Shown one piece after another: positions 58,858 through 64,000 of a stretch of DNA of 64,000 nt. Under the pieces are notes generated by a model. The model did no database searches, was not told the DNA's origin, and saw only the letters and a program-made list of their open reading frames with translations. This stretch comes from an uncultured Methanosarcinaceae archaeon (GTDB lineage Archaea; Halobacteriota; Methanosarcinia; Methanosarcinales; Methanosarcinaceae). Location: contig CAWHXP010000008.1 in NCBI GenBank assembly GCA_963833425.1, forward strand, positions 212,578-276,577, given 5' to 3'. A program made the position numbers and the translations under genes. Position 1 is the first letter of the stretch, and every line of letters starts with the position of its first letter.

Positions 58858-59577
58858 TAGGAACTATGACTTGCCACTTTTAGGCAAAGTGTTGATTTTT
58901 ATGTAAAATTACAAATCTCATAAAGAAGTCTGATAAATGAGAACATAATTTTTCTGGCTCAAGAATACTACTCCTGGAATCCGAAAAACTCATCTTTAGT
59001 ATCTCGAAGAATGTTATAGTATATATATTATAAAAATGAATTCTTATAATTCATCTAAAGAATAATTCTTAATAAGTTGATTTTATAAATTAATTCCATG
59101 ATTTAAATTTCACTGTAGGCTTCTAATGAGCTCATAAGGTTTATGCATATTTCACTCTCACTGTCTGGATACTTTACAACATGCATTAATGACTTTTCAG
59201 ATAAGCTCTAAGCTAAAAGTATATTTACTTTTGAAGCAAGCTGAATTTCTTTCAAATGCATTGACAAGTTTAAGGATGGTGAAACTTTAATCTAGCATGG
59301 CTGATATCAGGTAAAAGAGAAGATTCCTTTGAGTTTTCACTTACCTGGAGATAAAAATGAAACAGATCCTATAGTTTTTTCATCACAAACCTAACCAGAC
59401 TTAACCAGTTACATACTGTCAAACATAAATTCATAAATCAGAGAGATATTGAATGGGTATATTCTACTCTCTGTCTTGCAAAGTCAAGGAATGGATACTT
59501 ATTTATTATTTTACTGAAGAATATTATTTAATTTTCAAGTAATAATAAACCAAAGTTGTAAACAATAAAGGTATTTA

Positions 59578-59800
59578 TGGTAGTTATTACTATACTAGAA
59601 AGAGACTGGATGTAAAAACAAGAGAACTTCTAACTTTTTCTATGATTTTATCCTTGTGCGAATGTGAGCCGCAGTTAAAAGGACATATACAAGGCAATTT
59701 AAATGTTGGGAACGATAAAGAAATATTACTTAGTGCAGTTACGCAGTTATTGCCGCATATAGGGATCCTAGAGCATTAAATGCAAAAAGATGCTTATGAA
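59578..59800 (+). pseudogene. Carboxymuconolactone decarboxylase (CMD/AhpD)-family fragment
   Basis: YTRKRLDVKTRELLTF...CEPQLKGHIQGNLNVGNDKEILLSAVTQLLPHIG.PRALNA with frameshifts. Confidence 0.7.
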
Positions 59801-60087
59801 AGTAGTATAAACTAAATAAGGAAACTGCTCAGCTCATAAACCATCTGAGCGATCTTCCTGGAATTGAGACCTAGTAGATGGTCTAAGAAAGCAGAGATAA
59901 TTCCAAAAGTAGGTAATAAGACCTCTAGAAGACCATAGAGAGTTTTAAGATAATGTTCATTTAGTCATAGTGGCATGTTTCATGAATATATTGTTAAATT
60001 TGTGAATAGGTTAAATAAGCAGTAGTAATCTAATAGATAGTATTTTATATCATTACTTGCATATGATAATATGGTCACTAGGAAGTA

Positions 60088-60291
60088 AGCTGTATAATGA
60101 AGCAAATTCAGGACAGCTTAAAACCTGATCCCGCAATAAACTTCATTGATGCATATAGCTGTAAAATGAAGCAAATTCAGGACAGCTTAAAAACTGATCC
60201 CGTAATAAACTTCATTGATGCATGTAGCTGTAAAATGAAGCAAATTCAGGACAGCTTAAAAACTGATCCCGTAATAAACTTCATTGATGCA
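60088..60291. repeat. 69-bp tandem repeat, about 3 copies
   Basis: Units start at 60088, 60157 and 60226 (AGCTGTAAAATGAAGCAAATTCAGGACAGCTTAAAAACTGATCCCGTAATAAACTTCATTGATGCA...); no spacers. Confidence 0.95.
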
Positions 60292-60855
60292 GACCAAACC
60301 TAGTGAACCGCCTTACTAAAGCTTAAGCTCTTTTTTACTATTTAATTTACCACCACTGTTTTCATTGATGCATAATTTTTGTGTAGAGATCTCTATTTTA
60401 GAGACATAAAGAAAAGACTAACAGAATGGGAATTTTTAAGAAAATAAACATTTAGTCTCTATTTATACAGTTTTACTAATTAAATGTTAACCTAAATAAA
60501 AGTCGCCTTTTTTCTCTAGTTTCTTGCTGGCTATTTTATTTATTGTGATACTCTACATGATGTACGAATACAAGCCAAATGTTCGATTCATCTCTATTAA
60601 ATACAAAAAGGATTTGAAACGCATAGACAAAAGCCAATAAATCTTAATGCTATAGATTTTAAATTGAAGCAAAAATGTGGAAGCTAGTTTTATAATAATC
60701 TATTTTTAAAACATTCATTGTTGTACTATATGCTCCAGAATCGATATGTACGCACGTTTTACTTTGTCAGGTCAATCTTTAACAGAAGCGATAGTCAGAA
60801 GTTGTGCTAGTTCTAACTCCGCAGGAAGCAGCCAATAACGCCAATGGTAATTCAG

Positions 60856-61147
60856 ATATATTAGAGCTGCAAGAGCAGACCAGAGTAAAGATGACCAGAT
60901 AGACATCAAAGATAATTATGAACTCCAACAGGTCAGAATAGACGATCTGAAAACTCAGATTCAAGCACTTTACGGCCAGATGAACACTGAGGACGAGCAG
61001 ATCGAAAAGCTAAATGAGAATATGCACAAACAGACAGTCACATTCAAAGTTTAATCCAAGAAAATAGCAGGCTAACCATTAGGCTACTACCATTAGGCTA
61101 CTCCTGATGGTGCAAGCAAAAGTAAACCTTGATAGCGATTTTGGTAA
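60856..61147 (+). pseudogene. Remnant of a coiled-coil protein ending in a KPWWRFW-type tail
   Basis: QVRIDDLKTQIQALYGQMNTEDEQIEKLNENMHKQ..HIQSLIQENSRL...KP**RFW*; the two Trp codons appear mutated to TGA/TAG. Confidence 0.55.
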
Positions 61148-61772
61148 CTTCAGCTAAAATTATGTTAATGAATAAAATTAGCAAGGAGGGTCATTCTATT
61201 AAAAGGGGTCAAGTTTAGATGGGAATCTTAACCGGTTTATGACTTATCCCATTATTTAGCCTGAGTAAATTATCTTGAATTTTTTTTCCTAATCCCATCC
61301 GCATCATTGACGTTTATCTCAAATTTCTAGTTTTTATTCTCTGAGCTGCATTGATTTTCCTATATTCGTGCTTTCATAATCTTCAGGAAACGTCTCTCCA
61401 AAATTCACATGCAAACCTGGCAATTTCCAGCCTATGTTACCGCTTTCAGATACTTTAAGCACTTTAGAGCCGCGTCAGCTTTGCATTTTTCGATATGTTT
61501 ATAGAATTCAAAGTATTCCCCAAATTTCGACTTTTTTTCCTTTCTTCATCCAATCATTAAAAGTCTATATGTTATCCCTGTGGATGATACTGCTAAAGCA
61601 TAAGGGAGTACTAATGCAACATTATTACCGATTTGCTGTGTTGTATCAGGAGTTGATTTTGAAGGTCCTGCAATGATAATTCCGTTTTTTACTTCTTTAA
61701 ATAAATGTGATAATAATATCTCAATTTTCTCCGCTATCTTATTGTACTTGGAACCAAGCTTTTGATTATTAA

Positions 61773-61897
61773 GAACCTATCCAAAAAATTTTGTAACCTC
61801 TATAACTTTTCGATACACAATTGAAATGGGCATTTGGATGCTATAAGACCAATCATAATTTTTACAACATGCCATTATTGACACTTCAGATAGGCTT
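61773..61897. mobile_element. ~125-bp MITE-like element (family A, copy 2, inverted)
   Basis: Aligns along its length with the reverse complement of 20852-20976. Confidence 0.7.
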
Positions 61898-62054
61898 TAA
61901 ATCTAAAAAAAACCCTTATAGGGTGACTCAGGGCATTTTCTTGAGTAATTTAGAATTCTCGAGTGTTTTTTAATTTGTTATGCCATAGAGTCATTAACTC
62001 CTTAATTTTAACTTTTTGGAAGACGAAGTTGTGCATAAAATTCGGTAGCCTTTA

Positions 62055-63188
62055 GAGATTTTCGATAAACTCCATGCTCTTGAGTATGGTTGACTTTAAA
62101 TTTGTAAATATTTGTGTATATTCATGAAAACTCTTATTGATTTTGCTCTTAAAGAAGAGTATAAACGTCTTGAATCTGTTGGAGATAAGCTTGCTGAAAT
62201 TGCTTCCTTAATTGATTGGAAAACGTTTCGTATTATTCTTGAGGCTATGTATATTAACAAAACCGTTTCAGGAGGGAGGCCTGAAACTGATGTCATTGTG
62301 ATGTTCAAAATGCTTGTTTTATAACAATGGCATGTGCTCTCTGATTTTGAACTTGAGAAACATTGTATAGATCGAATTTCTTTTAGGAAATTCCTTGGAT
62401 TTCCTGAATACATACCTGACAGTACTACTGTATGGCTATTTAGGCAGAGAATTATCGAGAATTTCAAAGAAAATATGGGGAAAGTTGCAAAGCCAACTTG
62501 ATACTCTGGGTTTACAGATAAAACAGGGAATGATTCAGGATGCTACTTTTATCCATTCAGATCCAGGACATGCAAAAGCAGAGAAACGAGGCAAAAACAA
62601 GACGAAGCAGAGACGGAACATGGACAAAGAAGGGAGGTAAGTTTCACTTTGGATATAAGCTTCATAATATAATAGACAGAGATTATGAGCTGATCAGAAG
62701 ATTCAAAACAACAACTGCGTCAGTACATGATTCGTATGTAGATTTGACAGAGGAAAATGAAGTGGTTTATAGGGACAGAGTATACTTTGGAGCAAAAACG
62801 AAAGGGTATAATGCAACAATGAAAAGAGCGGTCAAAGGACATACGCTGGGAATAAAGGATATATTAAGAAATAAGAGAATTAGCTCAAAAAGATTCCAAG
62901 GGGAAAGAGTTTATTCAGTAACGAAAGAAATTTTCAAAGCAGGAAGAGTTTTTGTTACTACTGTTAAAAGAGTAAATCTAAAAATGTTGTGTACGGCTTT
63001 TTGTTATAATCTCCATCAATTGAGGAAATTGAAAATAAAAAAAGTATATTGAAGATAGCGGAAGCTATCTTTAAAATCAAAGAATTGAGGATAAGTAAAG
63101 CCAAAAAGAGGAATTAAATAGAGAAATTGAGGGCAATATCTGAAAAATTCTTGCTAAGAAATAAAATCCGAAGTTTATCGAAATCCTC
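62055..63188 (+). mobile_element. IS5-family insertion sequence with frameshifted transposase
   Basis: TIRs GAGATTTTCGATAAACT / reverse complement GAGGATTTCGATAAACT; TTTA target duplication (62051-62054, 63189-63192); GGRP, IQDATFI, FGYKLH and VYRDR transposase motifs split over 3 ORFs. Confidence 0.92.
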
Positions 63189-64000
63189 TTTAATAGATGG
63201 GTTTGATTAATATAAGATATTTCTCCAAAAAAAGAAAAATAAGATGCTCTGAAAGTCTACTTGAATATTTATGAAAATATACTATTGAATATAATTTCTG
63301 AGCGCCTAAATTTTATTATAATCTTTCTGTCGAACATTATATCTATCTTCATTACTGCAATCTTCTTTTTCTGTTTAAAATTGACAATTTCACTTGCTAT
63401 AGATTGTATCAAAGAGACACTGATGATTCCTTTACTTCTTTACTCTTGAGTACTGAAGAGATTTACTAGCAGGAATTTCGAATAATGTAATTAAGAAGCG
63501 GGGATTGGCTCAGGAATATAGAGTAGCTTTTACAGGTGAATCCTAGCATCTATTATTAGCATATTTAGAGAAATCGATTTTCAAATCCAGAGAAACTTCC
63601 ACTATCTAACTCATCTCTTGGCTTTGCTGCTCCCGCTTAGGCTGTATTTAATCATATAATTATCAATTTAGCCATGCATCGCCAGATCATTAACGGCGAT
63701 CGTCAGATTCAATATCCACAAACACCTACTTCATTTTCATGTTGTTCATTTCCATGTTTTTCAATTGATCCTTCTCCATTTGCAGTTTCTTATTCACAGG
63801 TCTGCATCAACCAAGTTCTTCTGATAATGATAACCAAGACCTTAGTGGCAGAAATCAACGATGAGTTGATGTTTCGGTCCGTTGTCTTTTTTCTAGTTTC
63901 ATCAATTCCTGAATTCTCAATTGCACGAAATCCATCGCCTCTTCAAAGAGCTTCCTATCGATTTTTATTCCGAAATATTTATTGAGTTTTTCTTCTGGTG

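Noticed and set aside
60088..60291. CRISPR array
   Set aside because: The units are near-identical over all 69 bp with no unique spacers, and there are no cas genes in the window.
61200..61740. Degraded minus-strand coding-like sequence
   Set aside because: Multiple stops and no recognisable motif.

Overview
AT-rich archaeal chromosomal window. The gene content (carS, archaeal CCA-adding enzyme, rps3ae, methanogen-type radical SAM, IS5 elements) points to a Methanosarcina-like methanogen. The left third is mostly housekeeping: carS-pyrE, purD-argF, tRNA-Leu(CAG), DUF362, cca, a MoxR AAA+/VWA pair, a LeuD/AksE small subunit and rps3ae. The middle holds a peptide-modifying-type radical SAM/SPASM gene, a divergent secreted Gly/Tyr/Trp-rich protein with 12-aa Pro-Val repeats, a small tyrosine-integrase element whose end abuts an IS200 tnpA fragment at a palindromic att-like core, and a GT3 glycogen synthase. 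The right half is a decaying accessory region with a sulfur-acquisition theme: arylsulfatase, an anaerobic sulfatase maturase with one in-frame amber codon (pyrrolysine read-through candidate), inverted AI-2E transporter paralogs, nitrogenase-like D/K genes fused by deletion to a convergent Ssu/Tau-type ABC transporter, and a metY remnant. It also carries a frameshifted CBS-HEPN gene, MITEs, a 69-bp structured tandem array, many pseudogene fragments and a decayed IS5. All family assignments come from motif recognition by eye; no database searches were run.
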